A stretch of 64,000 bases of DNA from Flavobacteriales bacterium (GCA_020635655.1 JACJZI010000005.1:74036-138035); one strand, 5' to 3'; numbered from the stretch's first letter, positions 46,754 to 56,571 are shown. The notes: a model not told the origin generated them from the sequence alone. Translations and numbers: made by a program.

Positions 46754-47443
46754 TCACTTCTTCTTCACAGCGACCTTCTTCTTCTGTTTGGCCGCCTTGC
46801 CGTTGCCATTGGTCGATGGCGCGTCCGCTGGGAACAACCCGTGTATCTCGGCGTCGATCCCGCTGACGATCTTGCCAAGGTCCTCCGCGTTCGTCGGAAA
46901 GGAGTTGTTGTCCACGTCGATCACCAGCAACCGTCCCTTGTCGTATTTGCCGATCCAGGCCTCGTAGCGTTCATTGAGACGCTTCAGGTAGTCGATGCTG
47001 ATGGAGGTCTCGTATTCGCGGCCACGTTCGCTGATCTGACGCACCAGCGTCTCCACGCTTGCGCGCAGATAGATCAGCAGATCGGGAGGAACGACAGATG
47101 TCTCCATGTTGTTGAACAGCCGGAAGTAGTTCTCGAAGTCGCGCGTTGTCATCAAGCCCATCGCATGCAGGTTGGGCGCGAAGATGTAAGCGTCCTCATA
47201 GATCGTGCGGTCCTGGATCACATTGCGACCGCTGCGACGGATCTCCATCAATTGTTCGAACCGGCTGTTCAGGAAGAAGATCTGCAGGTTGAAGCTCCAG
47301 CGCTGCATGTCCTTGTAAAAGTCGAACAGGTACGGGTTGTTGTCCACCGCCTCCTGGAGCTGGTCCCATTTGTAGTGCCTGGCCAGTAACTGGGTGAGCG
47401 TGGTCTTGCCGGAGCCGATGTTGCCTGCGATCGCGATATGCAT
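46754..47443 (-). CDS. Deoxynucleoside kinase with a Lys-rich C-terminal tail
   Basis: IAIAGNIGSGKTT (P-loop), ERSIYED-like QDRTIYED, DLLIYL and ERGREYE. Start at MHIAIAG; the upstream 87 codons of the ORF are rejected. Confidence 0.87.
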   Translation of the reverse strand: MHIAIAGNIGSGKTTLTQLLARHYKWDQLQEAVDNNPYLFDFYKDMQRWSFNLQIFFLNSRFEQLMEIRRSGRNVIQDRTIYEDAYIFAPNLHAMGLMTTRDFENYFRLFNNMETSVVPPDLLIYLRASVETLVRQISERGREYETSISIDYLKRLNERYEAWIGKYDKGRLLVIDVDNNSFPTNAEDLGKIVSGIDAEIHGLFPADAPSTNGNGKAAKQKKKVAVKKK

Positions 47444-47540
47444 GGAACGGGTGATGAGGGCTGACGAAATTAATCGCCCTGTGGCGAGCAGCGGGCCGAT
47501 GTGGAAAAGTCGCTGCGTGCAAAGCGCGCACGGCCGCTTA

Positions 47541-48344
47541 TCAACGATCCGGCATCCGGTCGATCTCGATGCGGTCGTCCAGAAGGAAATAGAGGTGCTC
47601 CTGCTCCACGCGCGCATCGCGAACGCGATCTTCCCGCAGGTCGGGAGGGAGGGGGAGCTCGACCGTGCTGAACAGGCGCATGTCATAGCGCTGCAACACA
47701 CCATCCTTCACAAAGAACACGGCCTGCTTGCGCACTTGGAAATGCTCGGCCCCGACAACGGGCAGTGTCCTGGCATACGTGCCGAAGAGGTCGAAGACGA
47801 AGATGCCCTCGTCGGGGCAGTTCACATAGAGCCAGTTGTCCAGCTCGGTCATCTCCACCGGCCGGGGAACGGATCCGAGCAATTGGTCCAACGGGCCTGT
47901 CGATGCGATCTCACGCAGCTGTGGGTCCACCCGCACGAGGCGGGGTGTGCGTTGGTCATAGAGCCAGAAGGCGTTCTGTACGCTGGCGCAGACAAGGGCC
48001 ACTTGGGGATAACCACGTGATGAAAGATCGATCGTCCCGCCCTGAACGCTGAGCGTGTTGTCGAGCATCGCCAACTGGCCCAACTCGTCACTGAACAGCA
48101 CAGGCTTCAGCGAGTAGAAAGCGTCGATCGTGCGGATGGTGCCGAAGGTCTTGACGCTGTTGCGCGCACGTTCCCGGCCCATCTCATCGAAGAGGAGCAG
48201 TTCATCGCCGCGAACGGCGTACACGTTGCCCAGTACATCGGTCGTGAAGCGGTCGAAATGACCGGGAATGGTGACGACCTGCTGCGCGGGGGAGCGCGGT
48301 CCGCCGAGCAGGAGGAAAAGGACTGCGATCGAAGAGGAGCGCAT
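47541..48344 (-). CDS. Hypothetical secreted protein (repeat-rich beta-type fold?)
   Basis: Signal peptide MRSSSIAVLFLLLGGPRSPAQ. Its ATG overlaps the GH3 stop (TGATG). I recognise no family. Confidence 0.6.
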   Translation of the reverse strand: MRSSSIAVLFLLLGGPRSPAQQVVTIPGHFDRFTTDVLGNVYAVRGDELLLFDEMGRERARNSVKTFGTIRTIDAFYSLKPVLFSDELGQLAMLDNTLSVQGGTIDLSSRGYPQVALVCASVQNAFWLYDQRTPRLVRVDPQLREIASTGPLDQLLGSVPRPVEMTELDNWLYVNCPDEGIFVFDLFGTYARTLPVVGAEHFQVRKQAVFFVKDGVLQRYDMRLFSTVELPLPPDLREDRVRDARVEQEHLYFLLDDRIEIDRMPDR

Positions 48345-49852
48345 CAATGGACGAGGCTCGGTAGCAGTTGGTCGATGATGCTGCGGTCGTTCATCAGGCG
48401 GGGCACCTTGTGCTGCCCGCCGAGCTTGCCGCGGTCCTTCATCCAGGCATGGAACGTCCCGCGTGGCAGGATATGCAAACGTGGACGGGACAGGGCCATG
48501 TCGCCCTTGCGCTTCGCATCATAGTCCGAGTTGGAGTTGCGTAGCTCTGCATCGAGCACCTCGATGAACCGTTCGACATCGTCCGGTGGCCGATCGAACT
48601 CGATCAGCCATTCGTGGCCGCCCGCGTTGTCGCTCAGGTAGATCGGTCCGGCGGTGTAATCGCTGACCGCGGCGCCCGTGGCCACCACCGCGGCTTCGAT
48701 GGCCCTCTCGGCGTTCTCCACGATCAATTCCTCGCCGAAGGCATTGATGAAACTGCGCGTGCGGCCGCTCACCTGGATCCGATAGGGTGCCGTGCTGGTG
48801 AAGCGTACCGTATCGCCTGGCATGTAGCGCCAAAGGCCCGCATTGGTGCTTATCACGAGCGCGTAGTCCACACCGGTCGTCACTTCGTGCAACAGTTTCG
48901 TCGCGGGTTGTTCCCTGGTCATCTCCTCCATCGGCATGAACTCAAAGAAGATGCCGTAATCGAGCATCAACAGGAGGTCTTCGGCATCTGCGCGGTCCTG
49001 GATGGCGAAGTAGCCCTCGCTGGCGTTGTAGCTCTCCAGGTAGTTCATGGCCGCTGAAGGGATCAGGTCCCGGAACAACGCACGATAGGGTCGGAAGCTC
49101 ACGCCGCCATGCATGAAGAGTTCCAGGTTCGGCCAGACCTCGTTGATATGCGATCGGCCGGTGATCTCCAGGATGCGCCGCAGGATGATCAGCGTCCAGC
49201 TCGGTACACCCGCGATGCTGCGCACATCCTCGCGCATGGTCTCCCGGGCCATCTGCTCGATCTTCTCCTCCCAGTTCTCCATGAGCGCCACCTCTTTGGC
49301 AGGTGTACGACGGATCTCCACCCAGATCGGCAGGTTACGGATGATGATGGCCGATAGATCACCGCTGTACGCGTCCGCGCGGAACCGCTCCAGGCTGCTG
49401 CTCCCACCTACCACCATGTTCATGCCCAGATAGAGCTTGCTGGCCGGGTTCATGTCGTAATGCAGCGCAATCAGGTCCTTGCCGCCCTTGTAGTGGCAGT
49501 CCTCCAGCGCTTCACGGCTCACCGGGATGAACTTGCTCCTGTCCTGGGTGGTGCCACTGCTCTTGGCGAACCATTTGATGTCGGTCGGCCACAACAGGTT
49601 CTGTTCACCCCGTCGCAGGCGTTCCACGTAAGGGCGGACATCGTTGTAGTCCTGCAGCGGCACGCGTTGCCTGAACACGTCCGGGTCACGGATGCTCTCG
49701 TAGTCGTAGTGTTGCCCCCACTCGGTGAAGCGTGCGGACCGCACCAGATGGAGGAAGACCTCGTACTGTGCCTCGTACGGATTGCTGCGGAACAGATCGA
49801 TCTGCTGCAGCCGCTTCTTGATCAGGTAGGAGAAGAGGGCGTTGACCGGCAT
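48344..49852 (-). CDS. Bacterial GH3-family (acyl-acid amido synthetase-like) adenylating enzyme
   Basis: F..S.GTT..RSKFIPVS, the N-terminal LQQIDLF..NP.E.Q..VF..L......TE.G pattern and ~500 aa length match Bacteroidota GH3 auxin-responsive-promoter-family proteins as I recall them. Confidence 0.82.
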   Translation of the reverse strand: MPVNALFSYLIKKRLQQIDLFRSNPYEAQYEVFLHLVRSARFTEWGQHYDYESIRDPDVFRQRVPLQDYNDVRPYVERLRRGEQNLLWPTDIKWFAKSSGTTQDRSKFIPVSREALEDCHYKGGKDLIALHYDMNPASKLYLGMNMVVGGSSSLERFRADAYSGDLSAIIIRNLPIWVEIRRTPAKEVALMENWEEKIEQMARETMREDVRSIAGVPSWTLIILRRILEITGRSHINEVWPNLELFMHGGVSFRPYRALFRDLIPSAAMNYLESYNASEGYFAIQDRADAEDLLLMLDYGIFFEFMPMEEMTREQPATKLLHEVTTGVDYALVISTNAGLWRYMPGDTVRFTSTAPYRIQVSGRTRSFINAFGEELIVENAERAIEAAVVATGAAVSDYTAGPIYLSDNAGGHEWLIEFDRPPDDVERFIEVLDAELRNSNSDYDAKRKGDMALSRPRLHILPRGTFHAWMKDRGKLGGQHKVPRLMNDRSIIDQLLPSLVH

Positions 49853-49922
49853 GCGCGCGAGGTGTGTGGGCGAATATCGTCCGCGCCTACTTTAGCCCAA
49901 AAGGTAAGCACCCGTTCCGATC

Positions 49923-50732
49923 ATGGTGGAAGGTCCGCTCCGAAAGATGCTCACCGGTCTCGACGACCGTGTCCATTATGCACTTGTGGTCGGTGAGGCC
50001 CATGTGCCCATCGATGATCGCGTCGGCGGCCCGTTCACCTTGCATGCCTCGGGTAGGAAGACCTGCGTTATCTGCGGTCGGTCGGTGAGCAAGTTCTTCG
50101 GGCAGGGGTTCTGTTTCCCCTGTTCCCGGGATGCACCGGAGGCGTCCGAATGCATCGTGCGACCGGAACTTTGCCGTGCGCATCTGGGCGAGGGACGGGA
50201 TCCGGAATGGGAGCGTGTCCACCATGATCAGGAACACGTGGTGTACCTCTCCTACACGGGTGGCATCAAGGTCGGTGTCACCCGCAGCACACAGGTGCCG
50301 GTGCGTTGGATCGACCAGGGGGCGGTGGCGGCCGTGGTGATCGCGCGAACGCCGTACCGCCGATTGGCGGGCCTGATCGAAGTGGAGCTGAAGAAGCACT
50401 TCGCGGATAGGACGAACTGGCGGGCCATGCTGCGACCGGTCATGCCGGATATCGGTGCCCTCCTGGATGCGCGGTCGCAGGCGGTGACCGCACTGGCGCA
50501 CGAGCTGGGCGCATACGTGCTTGCCGATGAGGATCCCTGGCGGATCGACTATCCGGTCGATCATTTTCCCCCGAAGGTGGCCAGTGTATCACTGGACAAG
50601 GAGCCCACGATCACCGGCACCTTGGCGGCGATCAAGGGACAGTACCTCGTTTGGGCCGATGGGCGCGTGCTGAATGTCCGGAACCACGCGGGTTACCATG
50701 TGGAAGTGGACGTGCCAAGGAATTTTTCATGA
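49923..50732 (+). CDS. DUF2797-like protein with an N-terminal Cys4 zinc-ribbon motif
   Basis: CVICGRSVSKFFGQGFCFPC (CxxC-x12-CxxC), then HVVYLS.TGGIKVGVTR....RWIDQGA. Confidence 0.72.
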   Translation: MVEGPLRKMLTGLDDRVHYALVVGEAHVPIDDRVGGPFTLHASGRKTCVICGRSVSKFFGQGFCFPCSRDAPEASECIVRPELCRAHLGEGRDPEWERVHHDQEHVVYLSYTGGIKVGVTRSTQVPVRWIDQGAVAAVVIARTPYRRLAGLIEVELKKHFADRTNWRAMLRPVMPDIGALLDARSQAVTALAHELGAYVLADEDPWRIDYPVDHFPPKVASVSLDKEPTITGTLAAIKGQYLVWADGRVLNVRNHAGYHVEVDVPRNFS

Positions 50733-50806
50733 ACGGACCGTAACCCGGTCCGGACGACCCACGTAACAGGAGCAGGTTTTGGTCATTGGAATGATCGTTA
50801 GGGCAC

Positions 50807-50838
50807 GTGAAGGGCCGCTCGTTCGAGCGGCCCTTCAC
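50807..50838. terminator. Bidirectional terminator between convergent DUF2797 and sppA
   Basis: GTGAAGGGCCGCTC-GTTC-GAGCGGCCCTTCAC, a perfect 14-bp stem. Confidence 0.7.
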
Positions 50839-50860
50839 ACGTTCCGGTGTTCCCTTTCCG

Positions 50861-52654
50861 TCAGTGGACCTGGATGTCGAAAGGCATGCGGGCCTGGATC
50901 CCGATCGCCCGTTTCGCGTCGCGCATCTGTTTGAAACGGTCCAGCATCTCCGCATCCGAGCCGAACACCTGCGTGGCGATCCAGCTCTTGGCTTCCGTAT
51001 TGAGCTCCGATAGGATCTGCTGGATGAGCTCCTTCTGTTCCGGATACTTCACGATGCGGTACTTCTCCAGGTGCGCCATGCCCGCGGCACCGGCGATGGC
51101 GGCCTCCAATCCACCGATGCTGTCCACCAGGCCGATCCTCTGGGCATCCGTTCCGGTCCATACGCGGCCTCGACCGATGCTGTCCACCATGGCCACATCG
51201 AGATGCCGCCCATCCGCCACACGCTGTTCGAAGGTCCCGTAGAAATCATCGATGTAGCGCTGGATCACCTCGCGTTCGTCAGGACGAAGGGGACGGGACA
51301 CATCGAAGAGGTCCGCATATTCGTTGGTCTTCAGCCCGTCGAAGGTGATGCCGAGCTTGTTGTTGAAGAACCCCTTGAGATTGGGGATCATGCCGAAAAC
51401 CCCGATGGAACCCGTGATCGTGGTGGGTTCGGCATAGATGCGGTCGGCGGCACAGCTGATGTAGTACCCCCCGCTGGCCGCCAGGTCGCCCATGCTCACC
51501 ACCAGGGGTTTGGACTGTCGGGCCAGATCGACCTCGCGCCAGATCATGTCGCTGGCCAGGCCACTTCCACCCGGTGAGTTCACGCGCAATACGATGGCCT
51601 TGACCGCGGTGTCCTGACGCGCCTTGCTGAGGGCCTTGATCAAGGTCTCACTGCCCACCACATCATCCTCGCTTTCGCCGCTGGTGATCTGGCCCTGGGC
51701 ATACACCACGGCCACCTTGTCCCGTCCGCCTTCGTGATCGGCATCCTGAACATGGGCACGTGTGTAATCCGCGAGCTCCACGCTGCGCAATTCCTCCTCC
51801 CTGTCCATGCCCATGCGTTCCTTCACACGGTCCAGCACCTGGTCGCGGTACATCACACCATCGGCAAGACCGAGCTTCACCGCGTCCTCGGCGTGGCGGA
51901 CCTGAAGTTCCTCGGCGATGGTGTTCAGGCGCGCCTTGTCGATCTTGCGCTGCTGTCCCACCACGTCGAGGTAGTGGTCCCAGATGCCGAACACCAGCGC
52001 GTGCATCTGTTCGCGATTGGCCGGGGTCATCTTGTCCTCCGTGAAGGTCTCCCCGAAGCTCTTGTACTTGTTGTTCGAACCCTTGATGAACTGGACGTCG
52101 ATGTCCAGCTTGTCGAACATGCCCTTCAGGAACATCATGTTGGTCCGAAGGCCTCGGAAGTCGAGATCGCCCATCGGTGCCACATAGACCTCATCGGCGG
52201 CGCTAGCCACGAAGTAGGAGCCTTGCGTATAGAACTCGCTGTATGCGATCACCGGCTTTTCACTGTTGGCACGGAACTCCAGCAGTTTATTGCGGATCTC
52301 CTCGAGCGTGGCGGTGCGTGCATCGATCGTGGTGAGGTCGAGGAAGATGCCCTTGATGCGTTCGTCACGTTCCGCCTTGTCGATGTCCTTCAGCACCTGG
52401 TCCAATCCGAGCTGTGTCATGCCCCGGAAAGGGCCAAGGTCAAAGTTGAACTGGTCGGAACGCCCGCGGTCCACGATGGGCCGGTCCAGCTTCATCGTCA
52501 GCACGGACCCGTCCTTCACCTTGGAAGGCTTGCTCTCGAAACTGAAAGCGGACCCGATGGCGGCCAGGGAGGCGAAAAAGAGGATGAGCAGGACGGCGCC
52601 GACCAGCAGTGTGCCCAGCATCGAGGCCAGCATGAATTTCAGGAATTGTCGCAT
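50861..52654 (-). CDS. sppA: Signal peptide peptidase SppA, 67K type
   Basis: N-terminal TM, duplicated ClpP/crotonase-like halves, and ASGGYYISCAAD / AASGGYY catalytic Ser region. Confidence 0.9.
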   Translation of the reverse strand: MRQFLKFMLASMLGTLLVGAVLLILFFASLAAIGSAFSFESKPSKVKDGSVLTMKLDRPIVDRGRSDQFNFDLGPFRGMTQLGLDQVLKDIDKAERDERIKGIFLDLTTIDARTATLEEIRNKLLEFRANSEKPVIAYSEFYTQGSYFVASAADEVYVAPMGDLDFRGLRTNMMFLKGMFDKLDIDVQFIKGSNNKYKSFGETFTEDKMTPANREQMHALVFGIWDHYLDVVGQQRKIDKARLNTIAEELQVRHAEDAVKLGLADGVMYRDQVLDRVKERMGMDREEELRSVELADYTRAHVQDADHEGGRDKVAVVYAQGQITSGESEDDVVGSETLIKALSKARQDTAVKAIVLRVNSPGGSGLASDMIWREVDLARQSKPLVVSMGDLAASGGYYISCAADRIYAEPTTITGSIGVFGMIPNLKGFFNNKLGITFDGLKTNEYADLFDVSRPLRPDEREVIQRYIDDFYGTFEQRVADGRHLDVAMVDSIGRGRVWTGTDAQRIGLVDSIGGLEAAIAGAAGMAHLEKYRIVKYPEQKELIQQILSELNTEAKSWIATQVFGSDAEMLDRFKQMRDAKRAIGIQARMPFDIQVH

Positions 52655-52780
52655 GGTCTGAGAGTTCGTGTGGTTCTTAACATCGCCGAAAGTACCCCGG
52701 TCGGCCGGCCAGGGATGGGGTGATCACACCAGCGGTGGGGCACCGGTATGGAAGGTGCGCGCCGGATACCTTTGGCTGCG

Positions 52781-53272
52781 ATGCGGAAAGGTCTCCCGTT
52801 CCTTCTGCTGCTCGGGGCAGACCTGGGCGATCCACCTGTGACGTTCGCACAGGCCGGGAAGGCGTTGGAACGCGAGATCGGCCCCATCCTCGCCCGAAGT
52901 CGGGACCATTGGACGGAGGCCGTCGGCTTCCCGGGCGATCGTCCGTTCCTGAACAGGGCATTGGTGGTGGAAGCGGTCCGTGATGCGCACGAGGTGATGC
53001 GGCGGCTGCTGATCATTGAAAGCGGGCTCGGGAGGGTCCGGGAGGTCGGGGCACCGGTGGGTCCCCGCCGGATCGACATCGATATTCTTCTCGCCGGGGG
53101 CCAGGTCATCGACCGGCCGGGCCTGCGGGTGCCTCATCCAAGGATGCACGTGCGGCATTTCGCGCTGGCGCCATCAGCGGACATCGTGCCCGAATGGAGG
53201 CATCCCCTGTTGGACCGCACCGTGCTTGAGCTGCTCCGCGACCTTGAAGTCCATTCATCGGATGCGTCCTGA
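52781..53272 (+). CDS. folK: 2-amino-4-hydroxy-6-hydroxymethyldihydropteridine diphosphokinase
   Basis: LLLLGADLGD, GPRRIDIDILL and L.VPHPRMH.R.FAL.P. Start set at MRKGLPF (52781). Confidence 0.87.
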   Translation: MRKGLPFLLLLGADLGDPPVTFAQAGKALEREIGPILARSRDHWTEAVGFPGDRPFLNRALVVEAVRDAHEVMRRLLIIESGLGRVREVGAPVGPRRIDIDILLAGGQVIDRPGLRVPHPRMHVRHFALAPSADIVPEWRHPLLDRTVLELLRDLEVHSSDAS

Positions 53273-53891
53273 GTATATCGCAGTGGAAGGCCTGATCGGT
53301 GCGGGCAAGACCACCCTGGCGCGGCGTTTGGCGGAGCGATGGCAAGGCCGGCTCGTTCTTGAGGAGTTCGACGACAATCCTTTCCTGCCGCGTTTCTACC
53401 AGGACCCCGAGCGGTACGCTTTTTCCGTGGAACTCTCCTTTCTCGCCCAACGCTACCATCAGCTCAAGCGGGTCACCGAGCAGGACCTCTTCGCATCTTC
53501 TACCATCGCCGACTACTCCATTGGCAAATCCTTGGTGTTCGCAAGTGCGACCCTGTCGCGGGAAGAGAACGCCCTCTTTCGCGACCTGTACGCCATCATG
53601 TATGCCGATCTTCCCCATCCGGAGCTGATCGTATACCTGCATCTGGGAGCGGAGCAGCTCGCACAACGGATCCGCCAGCGCGGTCGCGCCTACGAGCAGG
53701 GCATCCGCTCCGATTATCTGGAGCGGCTTCGGATGCTCTATTTCGACCATTTGTCCAAGGCGGAACACAGCAGGGTGCTCATCGTGGACCTGGAACATAC
53801 CGACCTGTTGCAGGATGAGGGCGCGTTCGAGGCCCTGTGTGCTCGGATCGAATCCCCGCTTGAAGCCCGATCCGAAGTGTTCAGGGCCTGA
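53262..53891 (+). CDS. Deoxynucleoside kinase (second paralog)
   Basis: IAVEGLIGAGKTTLA (P-loop), NPFLPRFY, L.FL.QR and RIRQRGRAYE. Overlaps the folK end by 11 nt. Confidence 0.85.
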   Translation: MRPEYIAVEGLIGAGKTTLARRLAERWQGRLVLEEFDDNPFLPRFYQDPERYAFSVELSFLAQRYHQLKRVTEQDLFASSTIADYSIGKSLVFASATLSREENALFRDLYAIMYADLPHPELIVYLHLGAEQLAQRIRQRGRAYEQGIRSDYLERLRMLYFDHLSKAEHSRVLIVDLEHTDLLQDEGAFEALCARIESPLEARSEVFRA

Positions 53892-53977
53892 TCCACAGGA
53901 GGCCGTGAAGAATTGGGCGAAAAGCCCGGAAGTGCCCGGAAGGGAGTGAGTATACTTGCAGCCGAAAGCATTCATCA

Positions 53978-55702
53978 ATGCATCACATCACCATGGAACA
54001 CAGGCACTTGCGAGGAACCGCGTTGCTCGCTGGAGCGGTCTTGCTCATCGCCGGCTGCGGAGGGCTCGGCAAGATGAACAAGTACGCCGAAACGATCAAG
54101 TACACGGTCGACCCGAACCCCTTGATCGTCCAGGGCGACACTGTCGCGGTCAATATCCGCGGCAATTTCCCCGGCAAGTACTTCTATAAGAAGGCCCAGG
54201 TGGAGCTGACCCCGACCATCACCTATTCTGGAGGAGAGACCCCGCTGAAGATGGCCGGTTTCCAGGGTGAGAAGGCCGCTGGCAACTACACCGTGATCCC
54301 CTACGAGACGGGGAAGGACTTCACCTACAGCGACAAGGTCGCCTACACGCCCGGTATGGAGCAGAGCGAGTTGATGGTGAAGATCCTTGGGAAGCAGGGC
54401 AACAAAGAAAAGCCGTTCGATCCGGTGAAGCTGGCCGATGGGGTGATCACTACGCCCTATCTCGTCATGAGCGATGACAAGGTGCTCCTTGACAAGGATG
54501 CCTTCCAGCGGATCACACAACACCAGCAGGCCCTGACGCTGAACTACTATGTGGCCAGCGATCGCATGCTGCCGGGAGAAGAGCGTGACCAGGACGTGAA
54601 GGACCTGCAGGTCTTCCTGAAGGCCAACGCCAAGAACGAGAAGGTGGCGATCAGGAACATCACCATCGATGCCTATGCAAGCCCGGAAGGAGAGGTCAAC
54701 ATGAACGAAGGCCTTGCCAACAAAAGGGATGAGGCCGCCAAGCGTTGGACGATGGGCCAGATGGTGCGGAACAAGTACACGAACGCGAAGAACGATTCGC
54801 TCTACATGCTGAACCCCCGTGGCGAGGATTGGGCCGGCTTCAAGGCCGCCATGGAGGCCAGTTCCATGTCCGACAAGGATCTCGTTCTCCGTGTACTGCA
54901 GATGTATCCGGACGTGAACAAGCGCGAGCAGGAGATCAAGAACATGGCAGCCACCTACAACGAGATCCGCGAGGACATCCTCCCGAAGCTGCGCCGTTCG
55001 GAGATCGTGGTGAACTACGAGCGTATCGGCCACAGCGACGAGGAGCTTACCGCGATGAGCAAGACCATGCCGGATTCCATGACGGTGGAGGAATTGTTGT
55101 ATGCGGCAACGCTCACGGACGACCTGAACGAAAAGCTCCGCATCTACAAGGAGACCGAACGCATCTATCCGAACGACCATCGCGGTGCGAACAACGTGGG
55201 CTACATCTACATGATGCAGAACAAACTGGCTGACGCGGAAGCCGAGTTCTCCAAAGCCAACGGCATCATGGACAATCCTATCAGCACGAACAACCTGGGC
55301 GTATGTGCCCGCCTGAAGGGCGACCGGAAGAAGGCGAGCCAGATGTACAGCAAGGCGATGAGCGCCGGACCCGAAGTGAAGTACAATCAGGGCATCATCG
55401 ACATCCAGAACGGCAACTACGGGAGCGCGAACAGCAACATGAGCGGGATGAACACGTTCAATGCCGCGCTCGCCAAGATGCTCGGCGGGGACGCGGCCGG
55501 TGCGCAGCGCATCTTGGAGGCATCAGCTGACAAGGACACCGCCATGGGCCACTATTTGATGGCGATCATCGGCGCCCGGCAGGGCAACGGTGACATGGTG
55601 CGCAACAACCTGGGCATGGCCGTGCAGAAGGACCCGACCCTGGCGGACAAGGCAAGGAAGGACCTCGAGTTCCGCGACTTCAAGGACAACCTCGGCATCT
55701 GA
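53978..55702 (+). CDS. Lipoprotein with a C-terminal TPR region
   Basis: Lipobox LLIAGC. The central IDAYASPEGEVNMNEGLANKRDEAA resembles a degenerate OmpA-C-like motif. The C-terminal ~200 aa has TPR-like repeats (YNQGIIDIQNGNYGSA...). Confidence 0.68.
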   Translation: MHHITMEHRHLRGTALLAGAVLLIAGCGGLGKMNKYAETIKYTVDPNPLIVQGDTVAVNIRGNFPGKYFYKKAQVELTPTITYSGGETPLKMAGFQGEKAAGNYTVIPYETGKDFTYSDKVAYTPGMEQSELMVKILGKQGNKEKPFDPVKLADGVITTPYLVMSDDKVLLDKDAFQRITQHQQALTLNYYVASDRMLPGEERDQDVKDLQVFLKANAKNEKVAIRNITIDAYASPEGEVNMNEGLANKRDEAAKRWTMGQMVRNKYTNAKNDSLYMLNPRGEDWAGFKAAMEASSMSDKDLVLRVLQMYPDVNKREQEIKNMAATYNEIREDILPKLRRSEIVVNYERIGHSDEELTAMSKTMPDSMTVEELLYAATLTDDLNEKLRIYKETERIYPNDHRGANNVGYIYMMQNKLADAEAEFSKANGIMDNPISTNNLGVCARLKGDRKKASQMYSKAMSAGPEVKYNQGIIDIQNGNYGSANSNMSGMNTFNAALAKMLGGDAAGAQRILEASADKDTAMGHYLMAIIGARQGNGDMVRNNLGMAVQKDPTLADKARKDLEFRDFKDNLGI

Positions 55703-55722
55703 CCGATCCTCATCGATCAACA

Positions 55723-55755
55723 AGAGGCCCCGACGAGCGTCGGGGCTTCTTTGTT
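55723..55755. terminator. Terminator hairpin between convergent genes
   Basis: AGAGGCCCCGAC-GAGC-GTCGGGGCTTCT followed by TTGTT. Confidence 0.65.
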
Positions 55756-55773
55756 CCCGGACCCGGGATCGCC

Positions 55774-56502
55774 TCAATCCGCTTCGTACTCCAGCCGCAT
55801 CGTGATGGAGGCGGTCTTTTTCTTGGACTCGGTATTGAACGCGCCACCCCAGGAGTAGTCCTCGTCGGAATTCTGCCCGGTGATCTGGAAGATGCCCATC
55901 CTGGCCGTGACCAGGTCGCCCAGATGCCCCCCCGCCTCCCTGGCGATGGTCTCCGCGCGCTGGCGGGCATCCTCCGTGGCCTTGGCGATCATCTGCACCT
56001 TCAGGTCGGCGAGGTGGGTGTAGTAATAGCGTGGTGGCTGGGAGTAGAACCGGATGCCCTTGTCCAGCAGCTCCGTGATCTGGCGGCTCAATTCCTCGAT
56101 CTGTCCGACGTTCTTGGATTCCACGGTGATCGATCCCTGCAGACGGTAGCCAAGGAAGTCCTCGCCGATGTACTTGCCATCATCGGTATAGCGCGACCGG
56201 GTCTGTTCCTGCGTCCCCACTGCGCTGAAGATCACCGCACTGTCCGGGACCTGCTTGCCGCGCAGGTATTCCTGGATGATCTTCTTGGCCCGTTCCAGGG
56301 CGGCATACGCCGCTGGTAGCTCGGGATCCTCCGTCGTGAAACTGCCTTCCCATACGATAAGGTCGGAGGTGAAATCCTCCTTGCCCAATCCGGTGACGGA
56401 GATGGCCCCGCGTTCATGGCCGCGTTCCACATAGGAGCGACCGAGCAATGCGGCGGCAAGGACGATGGCCACGGGAAAAAGGACAGCGACGAGCGGTTTC
56501 AT
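55774..56502 (-). CDS. SIMPL/DUF541 domain protein
   Basis: N-terminal TM/signal, ISVTG.G........A......T, and A...A..A...A motifs. About 240 aa, typical of the family. Confidence 0.78.
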   Translation of the reverse strand: MKPLVAVLFPVAIVLAAALLGRSYVERGHERGAISVTGLGKEDFTSDLIVWEGSFTTEDPELPAAYAALERAKKIIQEYLRGKQVPDSAVIFSAVGTQEQTRSRYTDDGKYIGEDFLGYRLQGSITVESKNVGQIEELSRQITELLDKGIRFYSQPPRYYYTHLADLKVQMIAKATEDARQRAETIAREAGGHLGDLVTARMGIFQITGQNSDEDYSWGGAFNTESKKKTASITMRLEYEAD

Positions 56503-56571
56503 GGATGCGGGTTGCGCGTGAAGGTAGAACGCGCCCCTCGTTCACTCCTTGCCCGACGAAGAGCGAAGGCC

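Noticed and set aside
47444-47704. 87-codon N-terminal extension of the deoxynucleoside kinase ORF
   Set aside because: The P-loop directly follows the internal ATG at 47443 (MHIAIAGNIGSGKTT), as in other dNKs. The extension is Cys/Arg/Ser-rich and unlike coding sequence here.
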